Shown: positions 30,012 to 38,793 of the stretch, piece by piece
Layout of the letters: each line of letters opens with the position of its first letter
Numbering within the stretch: position 1 is the stretch's first letter
Assembly (NCBI GenBank): GCA_902618385.1
Contig: CACNAF010000004.1
Coordinates: 762-64,761, forward strand
Length of the DNA stretch: 64,000 nt
Origin: an uncultured Alphaproteobacteria bacterium
Lineage (GTDB): Bacteria; Pseudomonadota; Alphaproteobacteria; HIMB59; GCA-002718135
Direction of reading: 5' to 3'
Program-made: the position numbers and the translations under genes
Notes under the pieces: model-generated
Database searches by the model: none
What the model saw: the letters and a program-made list of their open reading frames with translations, nothing else
What the model was told of the DNA's origin: nothing

Positions 30012-30256
30012 TATCCACCACTAACTGGCGGAAAGATTGCAATTTCATCAATTGGTTTTAAATTCAAATTTTCTGAAACATATTCTTGATTAACTGCAAA
30101 TCTTAAAACATCTTGTAAAAAATGTTTTTTTAGCTCAGGGTATGAATTTTCTAAATATTTTTTTAATTCTTGTATGGATTTAGGGTGATTTATATCAATT
30201 ATTTCGTCTTCTTTATTTGTTATATCTTTAATCCAAGCAAAATATCGAATTCTCAT
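30011..30256 (-). CDS. moaD: Molybdopterin synthase sulfur-carrier subunit
   Basis: 81 aa ThiS/MoaD-size protein ending in FPPVSGG (C-terminal Gly-Gly). Confidence 0.78.
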   Translation of the reverse strand: MRIRYFAWIKDITNKEDEIIDINHPKSIQELKKYLENSYPELKKHFLQDVLRFAVNQEYVSENLNLKPIDEIAIFPPVSGG

Positions 30257-30257
30257 T

Positions 30258-30800
30258 TTAAAAATGTTTTATTGATCCTTTAATATAATCATAGGCTGTG
30301 TAGAGAGTTAGAATTCCGGCAATCCATAGAAAAGTTTTACCTAAATAAATAATAAAAAATAAATTTAGATTGCTCTCGGATAATATAAGTAATCCAAGTG
30401 AAGCTAGTTGAAGGAAGGTTTTTGCTTTTGCAATTCTTGAAACTGGTATACTAATTTTTATCCCCGCTAAGTATTCCCTTAAACCTGATACTGTTATTTC
30501 TCTTAGTAATATTATTAGGGCTGGAATGGTATCCCAGTCTTTTATTACACCCTTTGAAGTTAAAATAAGAATAACTGCTGCTACTAATAATTTATCTGCA
30601 ATTGGATCTAAAAATGTTCCAAAGTTTGTAACTTCATTTCTTAGTCTTGCTAAATAACCATCAAAGTAATCTGTTATTCCAGCTAAACAAAATAAAATAA
30701 AGGCAATCCAGCCAAAGTATGGATTCGTAAGATATATACAAAGCACTATAATTGGGATTATAACTATTCTAATTATTGTCAGAATATTTGATAAATTCAT
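30258..30800 (-). CDS. pgsA: CDP-diacylglycerol--glycerol-3-phosphate 3-phosphatidyltransferase
   Basis: 180 aa. CDP-alcohol phosphatidyltransferase motif D.FDG..AR......G..LDP.ADK. Confidence 0.87.
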   Translation of the reverse strand: MNLSNILTIIRIVIIPIIVLCIYLTNPYFGWIAFILFCLAGITDYFDGYLARLRNEVTNFGTFLDPIADKLLVAAVILILTSKGVIKDWDTIPALIILLREITVSGLREYLAGIKISIPVSRIAKAKTFLQLASLGLLILSESNLNLFFIIYLGKTFLWIAGILTLYTAYDYIKGSIKHF

Positions 30801-30827
30801 TTCTATTCTTTGTAGATGAAGAATTTT

Positions 30828-32660
30828 TTAAACGCTATGAAAATATTCATAAATTTTTGTTAGAATTGACTCAGGTATAGATTTAACCTCTTTTAATTCA
30901 TCTAAACTAGCTAATTTTAATTTCTCCACTGTGCCAAAGTGTTTTTTTAAAATTTTCTTTCTTTCTGGACCCACCCCTTCAATTTCATCAAACACAGATC
31001 TGACACTCATCTTTGTTCTTTTTGATCGATGTGTTGTTATTGCGAATCTGTGTACTTCATCTCTAATATTTTGTAAAAAGTGCAGAAGTGGATTATTTTC
31101 GTTTAATCTATGTGTAAATTTATCATGTATCAGAATTTCTCTACCTGCATCTCTTTCTTCACCTTTTGCCATAGAGATAATTGGTATATCTATTTTTAAA
31201 TTATCTAATACTTTTTTTGCAGAATTATATTGTCCTTTGCCTCCATCAATAAGCAATAAACTTGGCAAATCTAATTCGTCTTGAAATTTTAAATTACTAA
31301 ATCTCCTAGTTAGCATTTCTTTCATCATATAATAATCATCAACTTTATTTTTGTTTTCTTCAAGATCAAATCGAATATTAAATTTTCTATAATTTGATTT
31401 AATAAATCCATTTTGATTATAGGCAACCATTACACCTATAGGATGTTTTCCAAATGTATGGCTGTTATCGTAAGCTTCTATTTTTATAATTTCATCCTTG
31501 AATTTAAATATTTTTTTAATTTCTGCATTAAAGTTATCAAAAGATTTAAGTTTATTTAATTTGATGTCTAAATTTATTTTAGAATTTCTTTCTGCAAATT
31601 TAAGTAAATTTTTTTTAGGTCCTTTTAAAGGTTTAATGAATTTTGTTTTATCAAAATTTTTTCCTAAAATTTGTGAATTATTTTTTTTGTCAATAGTTAT
31701 GTTAGTAATAATTGTTTCAGGAATATCTTTTTCTGCATAAAATATATTTAAGAAACCTAACATTATTTCTTCATGATCCAATAAGTTGTCATGATCTGGG
31801 TAGAAAGCTTTACCGCCATAAGAAGTATTATTTCTAAAAAAACTTCCATAAATACATGTTTTGCCTTCACTTGATGTTATTGCAAAAATATCAGCATTTT
31901 TAATATCCTTAATCTTAATTGAATTATTTTGCTCAATATGTTTTAAAGCTTTAAGTCTATCTCTTAAAGAAGCTGCTAATTCAAAATTATTTTTTTTTGA
32001 AGCCTTATACATCTGATCTGTAAAATTTTTTTGTATTTTTTGAGAATTACCACTACTGAGAAAATCATCTGCTGCCTCTATTAATTTTGAATAGGCTTCT
32101 TTGGTTATTTTGCCTCCGCAAGGACCAGAACATCTTTTAAGATAATAATTGAAGCACAATTTATTTCCTGCATTTACTTCTTTATCTGTACATGACCTTA
32201 AAAGAAATATTCGTTGTAGTGTATTGATCGTTCTATTTACTGCATCTGGACTTGCAAATGGCCCATAATATCTACCTTTTTTCTTTTGAGGACCGCGATG
32301 TTTTTCAATTCTAGGAAAATCATGTTCAGATGAAATAAATATATAAGGGAATGATTTGTCGTCCCTTAACAAAACATTAAATCTAGGTTTATGTTTTTTA
32401 ATTAAATTACATTCAAGTATGATTGCTTCTAACTCTGTATTTGTTACAAAGAAGTTCATTGATTTAGTAAGACTAACCATTCTTTGAATTCTTCTAGTTA
32501 GGTTATTTAAAGATAGATAATTCTTTACTCTATTGGATAATACTTTTGCTTTTCCAATATATAGAATGTTGCCATTTTCATCTCGCATTTGGTAAACACC
32601 AGGTTGATTTGGTAAAGTTTTAGATGTAGCCCTAATAATCTTTTGTCCAAGAAGCGTCAT
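30828..32660 (-). CDS. uvrC: Excinuclease ABC subunit C
   Basis: 610 aa. GIY-YIG N-terminus (GVYQMRD...ILYIGKAK), UVR domain, Endo-V-like domain and C-terminal (HhH)2. Confidence 0.95.
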   Translation of the reverse strand: MTLLGQKIIRATSKTLPNQPGVYQMRDENGNILYIGKAKVLSNRVKNYLSLNNLTRRIQRMVSLTKSMNFFVTNTELEAIILECNLIKKHKPRFNVLLRDDKSFPYIFISSEHDFPRIEKHRGPQKKKGRYYGPFASPDAVNRTINTLQRIFLLRSCTDKEVNAGNKLCFNYYLKRCSGPCGGKITKEAYSKLIEAADDFLSSGNSQKIQKNFTDQMYKASKKNNFELAASLRDRLKALKHIEQNNSIKIKDIKNADIFAITSSEGKTCIYGSFFRNNTSYGGKAFYPDHDNLLDHEEIMLGFLNIFYAEKDIPETIITNITIDKKNNSQILGKNFDKTKFIKPLKGPKKNLLKFAERNSKINLDIKLNKLKSFDNFNAEIKKIFKFKDEIIKIEAYDNSHTFGKHPIGVMVAYNQNGFIKSNYRKFNIRFDLEENKNKVDDYYMMKEMLTRRFSNLKFQDELDLPSLLLIDGGKGQYNSAKKVLDNLKIDIPIISMAKGEERDAGREILIHDKFTHRLNENNPLLHFLQNIRDEVHRFAITTHRSKRTKMSVRSVFDEIEGVGPERKKILKKHFGTVEKLKLASLDELKEVKSIPESILTKIYEYFHSV

Positions 32661-32792
32661 TTTATCAATCGTAAATAATTAATTTTTCTTTAAATAGGAT
32701 TTTTATAAAATTAATAAATAACTAACAAGATTATTGTAGTTCATTTAATAATTAATTTAATGTAGGTAAGAATAATATATTAAGGATTTATA

Positions 32793-34562
32793 ATGGCAAA
32801 AATGACTACAGAAGAGGCTTTCGTAAAAGTTTTACAAAAACACGGTATTCAACATGCTTTTGGAATAATTGGTTCGGCATTTATGCCGATATCAGATCTT
32901 TTTCCTAAAGCTGGAATAACATTTTGGGATGTTGCTCATGAGTCAAATGGTGGAATTATGGCTGATGGCTATACAAGATCTACAGGTAAAATTGCAATGT
33001 GTATTGCGCAAAATGGACCTGGTATAACTGGCTTGGTTACACCTATAAAAACTGCTTTTTGGAACCATACTCCAATGCTCTTAGTTACTCCTCAAGCAGC
33101 TAATAAAACTATTGGTCAAGGAGGATTCCAAGAAGTCGAGCAAATGAACTTATTTAAAGATATGGTGTGCTATCAAGAAGAAGTAAGAGATCCCTCCAGA
33201 GTTGCAGAGGTTTTAAATAGAGTAATTTCAAAAGCTATTAAAGGATCCGCTCCTGCTCAATTAAATATACCAAGAGATTTTTGGACCCAAGTTGTTGATA
33301 TTGATCTGCCACCTATAATTAAATTTGAAAGACCTGCTGGTGGAACAGAAGCAATTAAAGAAGCTGCTGATCTTTTATCTAATGCAAAATTCCCAGTCAT
33401 TTTGTCTGGTGCTGGAGTGATATTAGCTGATGCTATTGATGATTGCAAAAAACTTGCTGAAAAATTAAGCGCTCCTGTTGCTTGCGGATACCAACACAAT
33501 GATAGTTTTCCAGGCAAACATCCCCTTGCGGTTGGTCCTTTAGGATACAATGGATCTAAAGCAGCAATGGAAATAATATCTAAGGCAGATGTAGTTTTAG
33601 CACTTGGTACAAGATTAAATCCCTTCTCAACTTTACCAGGTTATGGAATAGATTATTGGCCAAAAAATGCGGCTGTTATTCAAGTTGATATCAATTCTGA
33701 TCGCATTGGTTTAACAAAAAAAATTAGCGTTGGTATTTGTGGAGATGCAAAACTAGTTGCAGAACAAATTTTAGAAAACCTTACAACAAATGCAGGTGAT
33801 CAAAATAGAAAAGAACGAGAGGATTTAATTCATAAAACAAAGTCAGCTTGGCTTCAAACATTAACTGGCCTTGATCATGAAGAAGATGATCCTGGTACAT
33901 CTTGGAATAAAGATTCACGAGATAGAGAACCAGAAAAAATGTCACCAAGAATGGCATGGCGAGCTATTCAAGCAGGTCTTCCTGAAGATGCAATTATATC
34001 AAGTGATATAGGAAATAATTGTGCAATAGGTAATGCATATCCAACATTTGAGAATGGTAGAAAGTATTTAGCACCTGGTTTATTTGGGCCATGTGGGTAT
34101 GGTTTTCCATCTGTAATTGGAGCAAAGATAGGTTGCCCTAATACACCAGTTGTTGGTTTTGCAGGTGACGGCGCATTTGGAATTAGTATGAGTGAAATGA
34201 CTTCTTGTAATAGAGAAGGTTGGCCAAATATTACAATGATAATTTTTAGAAATTATCAATGGGGAGCGGAGAAAAGAAATACTACACTTTGGTATAATAA
34301 TAATTTTGTTGGAACAGAACTTGATCCTAAATTAAGCTATGCAAAGATTGCAGAAGCATGTGGATTTAAAGGTGTTAAAGTTTACACTCAAGAGGAACTA
34401 ACAGAAGCTTTGCAACAATCTTGCAAGGATCAAATGGAAGGCATAACTACTTTTATAGAAGTTATGTTAAATCAAGAACTAGGAGAACCTTTTAGACGAG
34501 ATGCTATGAAGGCCCCAGTTGAAGTTGCTGGAATTGATCCAAAAGATACAGTAGTTCAATAA
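32793..34562 (+). CDS. xsc: Sulfoacetaldehyde acetyltransferase (ThDP-dependent)
   Basis: 589 aa. The N-terminus MAKMTTEEAFVKVLQKHGIQHAFGIIGSAFMPISDLFPKAGITFWD closely matches my memory of characterised Xsc proteins. ThDP motif GDGAFG...N. A pta and a taurine-type aminotransferase are also in the window. Confidence 0.8.
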   Translation: MAKMTTEEAFVKVLQKHGIQHAFGIIGSAFMPISDLFPKAGITFWDVAHESNGGIMADGYTRSTGKIAMCIAQNGPGITGLVTPIKTAFWNHTPMLLVTPQAANKTIGQGGFQEVEQMNLFKDMVCYQEEVRDPSRVAEVLNRVISKAIKGSAPAQLNIPRDFWTQVVDIDLPPIIKFERPAGGTEAIKEAADLLSNAKFPVILSGAGVILADAIDDCKKLAEKLSAPVACGYQHNDSFPGKHPLAVGPLGYNGSKAAMEIISKADVVLALGTRLNPFSTLPGYGIDYWPKNAAVIQVDINSDRIGLTKKISVGICGDAKLVAEQILENLTTNAGDQNRKEREDLIHKTKSAWLQTLTGLDHEEDDPGTSWNKDSRDREPEKMSPRMAWRAIQAGLPEDAIISSDIGNNCAIGNAYPTFENGRKYLAPGLFGPCGYGFPSVIGAKIGCPNTPVVGFAGDGAFGISMSEMTSCNREGWPNITMIIFRNYQWGAEKRNTTLWYNNNFVGTELDPKLSYAKIAEACGFKGVKVYTQEELTEALQQSCKDQMEGITTFIEVMLNQELGEPFRRDAMKAPVEVAGIDPKDTVVQ

Positions 34563-36167
34563 TTATTTCTGATCGTTAATAATTAAGTCTGATGCTTTTT
34601 CAGCAATCATCATAGTAGGGGCATTCGTATTACCTGAAGTTATAGTTGGCATCACAGATGCATCAACAACTCTTAAGTTGTTTATTCCTTTTACTTTAAG
34701 ATTATCACTTACAACTGAGTTATCATCATTACCCATTTTACAGGTACTTACTGGATGAAAAATAGTGTTTGCAAATTTACCCGCTTCTTTTGCTAGAGAT
34801 TGATTATCTTTAAATTGTATTCCTGGCCTATATTCTTCTGGTTCATAATTTTTATATGCTTTTGATTCTAAAACTATTTTTCTTACAATTTTAATTGATT
34901 TTCCTGCAATTTCCCTATCTTCATCGGTAGATAAATAGTTCATTTTTATTTGAGGATAAATTCTTGTATCTGAAGATTTAATTTCTACAGAGCCTCTACT
35001 TGTAGGTTGTATATTTGTTATTGTAGGAGTGAATGCTGGAAATTTATGTAGGCCTGCTTTTCCTAATAAATCAGTGCTAGCTGGCGAGATATGAAATTGT
35101 AGATTAGGGTTTTCTAAATAGGAATCACTTTTAATAAAGCCGCACAAGTAACTTGCTCCAACTGTTAAAGGTCCTTTTTTATAAATTAAATAATTTAATC
35201 CTGTTAAAAATTTTTTAGTAAAACTGTGATATATATCATTTAATGTTTCTAAGTTTTTAATTTTGTAAACTGGTCTTAACATTAAATGATCGGTTAAATT
35301 TTTTCCAACACCTTTAATTTCTTTTACAATATTAATATTATTTTCATTTAATAATTTACCTGGACCAATACCTGAAGCTTGTAATATGTGAGGAGATCCA
35401 ATAGTTCCCGCAGACAATAAAACTTCTCTATTTACAGAATATGAAAATTCTTCGTTGTTTTTCCATATATTTACAGTTTTTACTTTTAAATTTTCAATTG
35501 TTAATTTTTTAACATGTGCCTTGGTTATAATTTTTAAATTTTTTCTATTTTTTATAGGATTTAAGAAAGCAACTGAAGCACTACATCTATACCCTTTATC
35601 AATTGTCATTGGAAAATAACCCATTCCTTCATTGTCACCATCGTTAAAGTCTTCATTTTTTTTGTATCCAAATTCTTGAGAGGCCTCTAAAAATAAATCC
35701 AATAATTTAAAATTTGATCTAATTTTCTCTACTTTGATGGGTCCATTGGTACCATGAAATTCACTTTTAGAAATTCTGTAATCTTCAGATTTTTTAAAGT
35801 ACGGTAATACGTCTTCCCAAGACCATCCAATATTACCTAATTGTCTCCAGTAATTGTAGTCATTTGCATGACCTCTTATATATAACATCCCATTAATTGA
35901 TGAACTTCCACCCAATGTTTTTCCTCTTGGAATAAGCATTTTTCTATTATTACAAAATTTTTCCTCTTCAGTTGTGAAGCACCAATCAGTTTTAGGATTA
36001 TGCATTGTTTTAAAATAACCACCTGGAATATGTATCCAAGGATTAGTGTCTTTTCCTCCAGCCTCAATCAAAAGCACTTTAATGTTTTCATTCTCTGAAA
36101 GTCTATTTGCTAATATGCAACCAGCTGTACCTGCACCAATAATAATATAGTCAAAACTTTGGTTCAT
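34563..36167 (-). CDS. GMC-family FAD oxidoreductase (choline-dehydrogenase-like; candidate isethionate dehydrogenase)
   Basis: 534 aa. FDYIIIGAGTAGCILANRLSE...LLIEAG and C-terminal GMC signatures (HP.STCKMG, VVDASVMP). Its stop abuts the xsc stop with 0 nt between. Only the family call is secure. Confidence 0.85.
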   Translation of the reverse strand: MNQSFDYIIIGAGTAGCILANRLSENENIKVLLIEAGGKDTNPWIHIPGGYFKTMHNPKTDWCFTTEEEKFCNNRKMLIPRGKTLGGSSSINGMLYIRGHANDYNYWRQLGNIGWSWEDVLPYFKKSEDYRISKSEFHGTNGPIKVEKIRSNFKLLDLFLEASQEFGYKKNEDFNDGDNEGMGYFPMTIDKGYRCSASVAFLNPIKNRKNLKIITKAHVKKLTIENLKVKTVNIWKNNEEFSYSVNREVLLSAGTIGSPHILQASGIGPGKLLNENNINIVKEIKGVGKNLTDHLMLRPVYKIKNLETLNDIYHSFTKKFLTGLNYLIYKKGPLTVGASYLCGFIKSDSYLENPNLQFHISPASTDLLGKAGLHKFPAFTPTITNIQPTSRGSVEIKSSDTRIYPQIKMNYLSTDEDREIAGKSIKIVRKIVLESKAYKNYEPEEYRPGIQFKDNQSLAKEAGKFANTIFHPVSTCKMGNDDNSVVSDNLKVKGINNLRVVDASVMPTITSGNTNAPTMMIAEKASDLIINDQK

Positions 36168-36241
36168 AATTTAGAAAAATTTATTTATTATATACTATTT
36201 AATTTAAACATATAACTAACTTAAATAATTAAAAATTTTCA

Positions 36242-37153
36242 ATGGATATTTTATTTTCGATAATTGGATTAGGGCTTCTAGTTTTAGGTGCTGAAATAAT
36301 TATAAGAGGTTCAGTTAGTTTTGGAAGAAAGATTAATATCTCATTGTTTGCAATTGGTGTTGTAATTGTAGCTGGGGGAACATCATTACCTGAATTGGCG
36401 AGCAGCATTAATGCAGTTCTTAATGATTTTTCGGATCTTGCTTTAGGCGCTGTAGTTGGAAGTAATATTGCAAACTTGATACTTGTAATGGCCACGACGA
36501 CATTAATTTTTCCAATTGTAAATATAAATAAAAATCAAATTAACCAAGCTTGGATAAATATTATTTTAGGAATTGTATTAATTATTATGACTTTTTTTTA
36601 TTTTAATTTTATTTTTGGATTAATTGCAACTACTTCATTGATTTATCTAATGTATGTTCAAATAAAAAAAGGAGAAATTGATAATTTAGAAATAGATAAA
36701 AACGATTATTCAATAACAATCTCATTAATATTAATCATAATAGGTATAGCATGTTTGGTATTTGGTGCAGATTTACTTGTTGATTCAGCAATTAATATTG
36801 CAAGAACTTATAATGTTCCAGCTTCAGTAATTGGATTATCATTAGTAGCTTTTGGAACTTCTCTTCCAGAACTTGCAGTTGGTATTGTTTCTGCCTTTAG
36901 AAAAAAGATTGATTTCGCTTTAGGAAATATTCTGGGGTCTAATATTTATAATGTATTAGGTGTTCTAGGTATTAGTTCTTTTTTTGGTAATTTTAAAGTT
37001 CCTGCAGTTTTAGCAAATCAAGACTTATACTTCATGTTATCAATTACAGCATTAATTTTAATTTTTATGATTTTTGCAAAAAAAATTGGACGTATTTATG
37101 GAATTATTGGATTAACTTTGTATTTTGGATATATGTATTTCATTTACATATAA
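36242..37153 (+). CDS. Ca2+/cation antiporter family (CaCA, YrbG-type) membrane protein
   Basis: 303 aa. Two alpha-repeat motifs (GTSLPELASS...GSNIANL and GTSLPELAVG...GSNIYNV). Confidence 0.8.
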   Translation: MDILFSIIGLGLLVLGAEIIIRGSVSFGRKINISLFAIGVVIVAGGTSLPELASSINAVLNDFSDLALGAVVGSNIANLILVMATTTLIFPIVNINKNQINQAWINIILGIVLIIMTFFYFNFIFGLIATTSLIYLMYVQIKKGEIDNLEIDKNDYSITISLILIIIGIACLVFGADLLVDSAINIARTYNVPASVIGLSLVAFGTSLPELAVGIVSAFRKKIDFALGNILGSNIYNVLGVLGISSFFGNFKVPAVLANQDLYFMLSITALILIFMIFAKKIGRIYGIIGLTLYFGYMYFIYI

Positions 37154-37170
37154 TTTTAATTAATAAAAAA

Positions 37171-37186
37171 ATTCTTTTAAAAGAAT
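37171..37186. promoter_or_regulatory. Perfect 16-nt palindrome ATTCTTTTAAAAGAAT between the CaCA gene and cysQ
   Basis: Seen directly; it ends 1 nt before the cysQ ATG (37188). It could be a weak hairpin/terminator or an operator. All A/T except one C/G pair per arm. Confidence 0.3.
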
Positions 37187-37187
37187 C

Positions 37188-37979
37188 ATGAACTTAGAAT
37201 TACATAAATCAAAAAATTTATTAAAAATATTAAATACTGCTATAGATGCAGGTAAGGAAATTCAAAAAGTATATAAAAAATCTTTTAATGTAGAAATAAA
37301 AGATGATAATTCACCTATTACCGAAGCTGATATAAAATCAAATAATTTAATTTTAAATAGATTAAAATCTTTTAGCCCGAATGTTCCTATATTAAGCGAA
37401 GAAAGTCTAATAGAATGGAAAGAAAGAAAAACTTGGAATTCATATTGGTTAATAGATCCATTAGATGGAACTAAAGAATTTATAAAAAAAAATGGAGAAT
37501 TTACAGTTAACATTGCATTAATAAAAAATAATTCACCAATATTTGGTATTATATATGCGCCTGCTAAGTCTTTGCTTTATTATGCTTTAAAAAACAATGG
37601 CGCATATAAATTAATTACAGAGTCAAATATTGAAACAACTAAAGATTTTATAAAAATAAATTCAGTAAAAGACAAAAGTAATTTAACAAAGGTTATTGGT
37701 AGTCGATCACATTCTAATAAAGATTTTGATAATTGGATAAATGATAATTGTAATAATTTTGAGTTAATCCAAATTGGAAGTTCTCTCAAATTTTGTTACT
37801 TAGCTGAAAGTAAGGCAAATATCTATCCAAGACTAGGTCCAACTTCAGAATGGGATATTGCTGCGGGTCATATTATTCTTGAAGAGGCAGGAGGATCAAT
37901 TAAAGATTTTAATGAAAATATATTACTATACAACACTAAACAAAGTGTTATTAACCCTAATTTTATTGCTAAAATTTAA
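37188..37979 (+). CDS. cysQ: 3'(2'),5'-bisphosphate nucleotidase
   Basis: 263 aa. Inositol-monophosphatase-fold motifs ILSEES, WLIDPLDGTKEF and WDIAAGHIIL, with CysQ-like length and layout. Confidence 0.8.
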   Translation: MNLELHKSKNLLKILNTAIDAGKEIQKVYKKSFNVEIKDDNSPITEADIKSNNLILNRLKSFSPNVPILSEESLIEWKERKTWNSYWLIDPLDGTKEFIKKNGEFTVNIALIKNNSPIFGIIYAPAKSLLYYALKNNGAYKLITESNIETTKDFIKINSVKDKSNLTKVIGSRSHSNKDFDNWINDNCNNFELIQIGSSLKFCYLAESKANIYPRLGPTSEWDIAAGHIILEEAGGSIKDFNENILLYNTKQSVINPNFIAKI

Positions 37980-37990
37980 ATTATAAAGAT

Positions 37991-38404
37991 ATGAAAATAC
38001 TTATTTGTGGCCTTCCTGGTGCTGGTAAAACTTGGTTAGCTGAAAGGATTATTAAAGTAATTGATAATTGTGCTTGGTATAACGCAGATGTAGTAAGGAA
38101 GTCAGCAAACGATTGGGATTTTACGATGGAAGGTAGAATACGACAAGCCAATAGAATGAAAACATTTGCTGATTTTGAAAAACAAAATGGAAGATGGGTA
38201 ATTTGTGACTTTGTAGCACCAACTGAAAAAGCAAGAGAAGCTTTTGAGCCTGATTTTGTTATCTGGCTGGATACTATTAAAGAAGGTAGGTTTGAAGATA
38301 CAAATAAAATGTTTGAACAACCAAATAATACTGACATTAAAATAACCAAATTTTTATCAGATGAAGAAATAGAAAATCTAGCAAAGGAGATTAAAAATGT
38401 TTGA
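37991..38404 (+). CDS. Minimal P-loop kinase resembling the core of adenylyl-sulfate (APS) kinase
   Basis: 137 aa. Walker A GLPGAGKTWLA. The downstream pattern YNADVVRKS..DWDFT..GRIRQANRM......G.WVICDFVAPT..AR lines up by eye with the APS-kinase LDGDxVR...LGFS..DR.ENIRR....G.....FISP core. The C-terminal lid is missing. Confidence 0.5.
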   Translation: MKILICGLPGAGKTWLAERIIKVIDNCAWYNADVVRKSANDWDFTMEGRIRQANRMKTFADFEKQNGRWVICDFVAPTEKAREAFEPDFVIWLDTIKEGRFEDTNKMFEQPNNTDIKITKFLSDEEIENLAKEIKNV

Positions 38405-38792
38405 TTGGAAAAAACCAACAGTACAAATGTTAGGTAGATGGCAACCATGGCATGATGGACATACAGAATTATTTAAAAGGGCACTTCAGAAAACAGGTCA
38501 GGTATGTATTATGTATCGTGATGTGGGAGGTGTAGATGCAGGTGTAGAAGGTCAAGGTGACAATCCATTTCAATTTGAAGAAGTAAAAGCAAAAATTAAT
38601 GAAGGTTTAGCCCAACATGGTTTTACTGATGGAAAAGAATATGTAGTTGTTAAGGTTCCAAACATTATTGATATTTCTTATGGAAGAGGAGTTGGTTATT
38701 CATTTACAGAACATGATTTAGGAAAAGAAATACATGATATCTCGGCAACAAAAATTAGAAATGAAATGAGAGTTAAAGGGGAATTAAAATAA
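38397..38792 (+). CDS. Minimal HxGH-type nucleotidylyltransferase (cytidylyltransferase-like superfamily)
   Basis: 131 aa. GRWQPWHDGH (HxGH motif) and DISATKIRNEM (ISxTxIR motif). The ATG overlaps the kinase stop by 8 nt (ATGTTTGA). Confidence 0.6.
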   Translation: MFDWKKPTVQMLGRWQPWHDGHTELFKRALQKTGQVCIMYRDVGGVDAGVEGQGDNPFQFEEVKAKINEGLAQHGFTDGKEYVVVKVPNIIDISYGRGVGYSFTEHDLGKEIHDISATKIRNEMRVKGELK

Positions 38793-38793
38793 G

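Noticed and set aside
37981-38448. 155-aa ORF antisense to the mini-kinase gene
   Set aside because: The + strand ORFs carry clear Walker A and HxGH/ISxTxIR motifs and are translationally coupled. The antisense product is a low-complexity S/L/F-rich shadow ORF.
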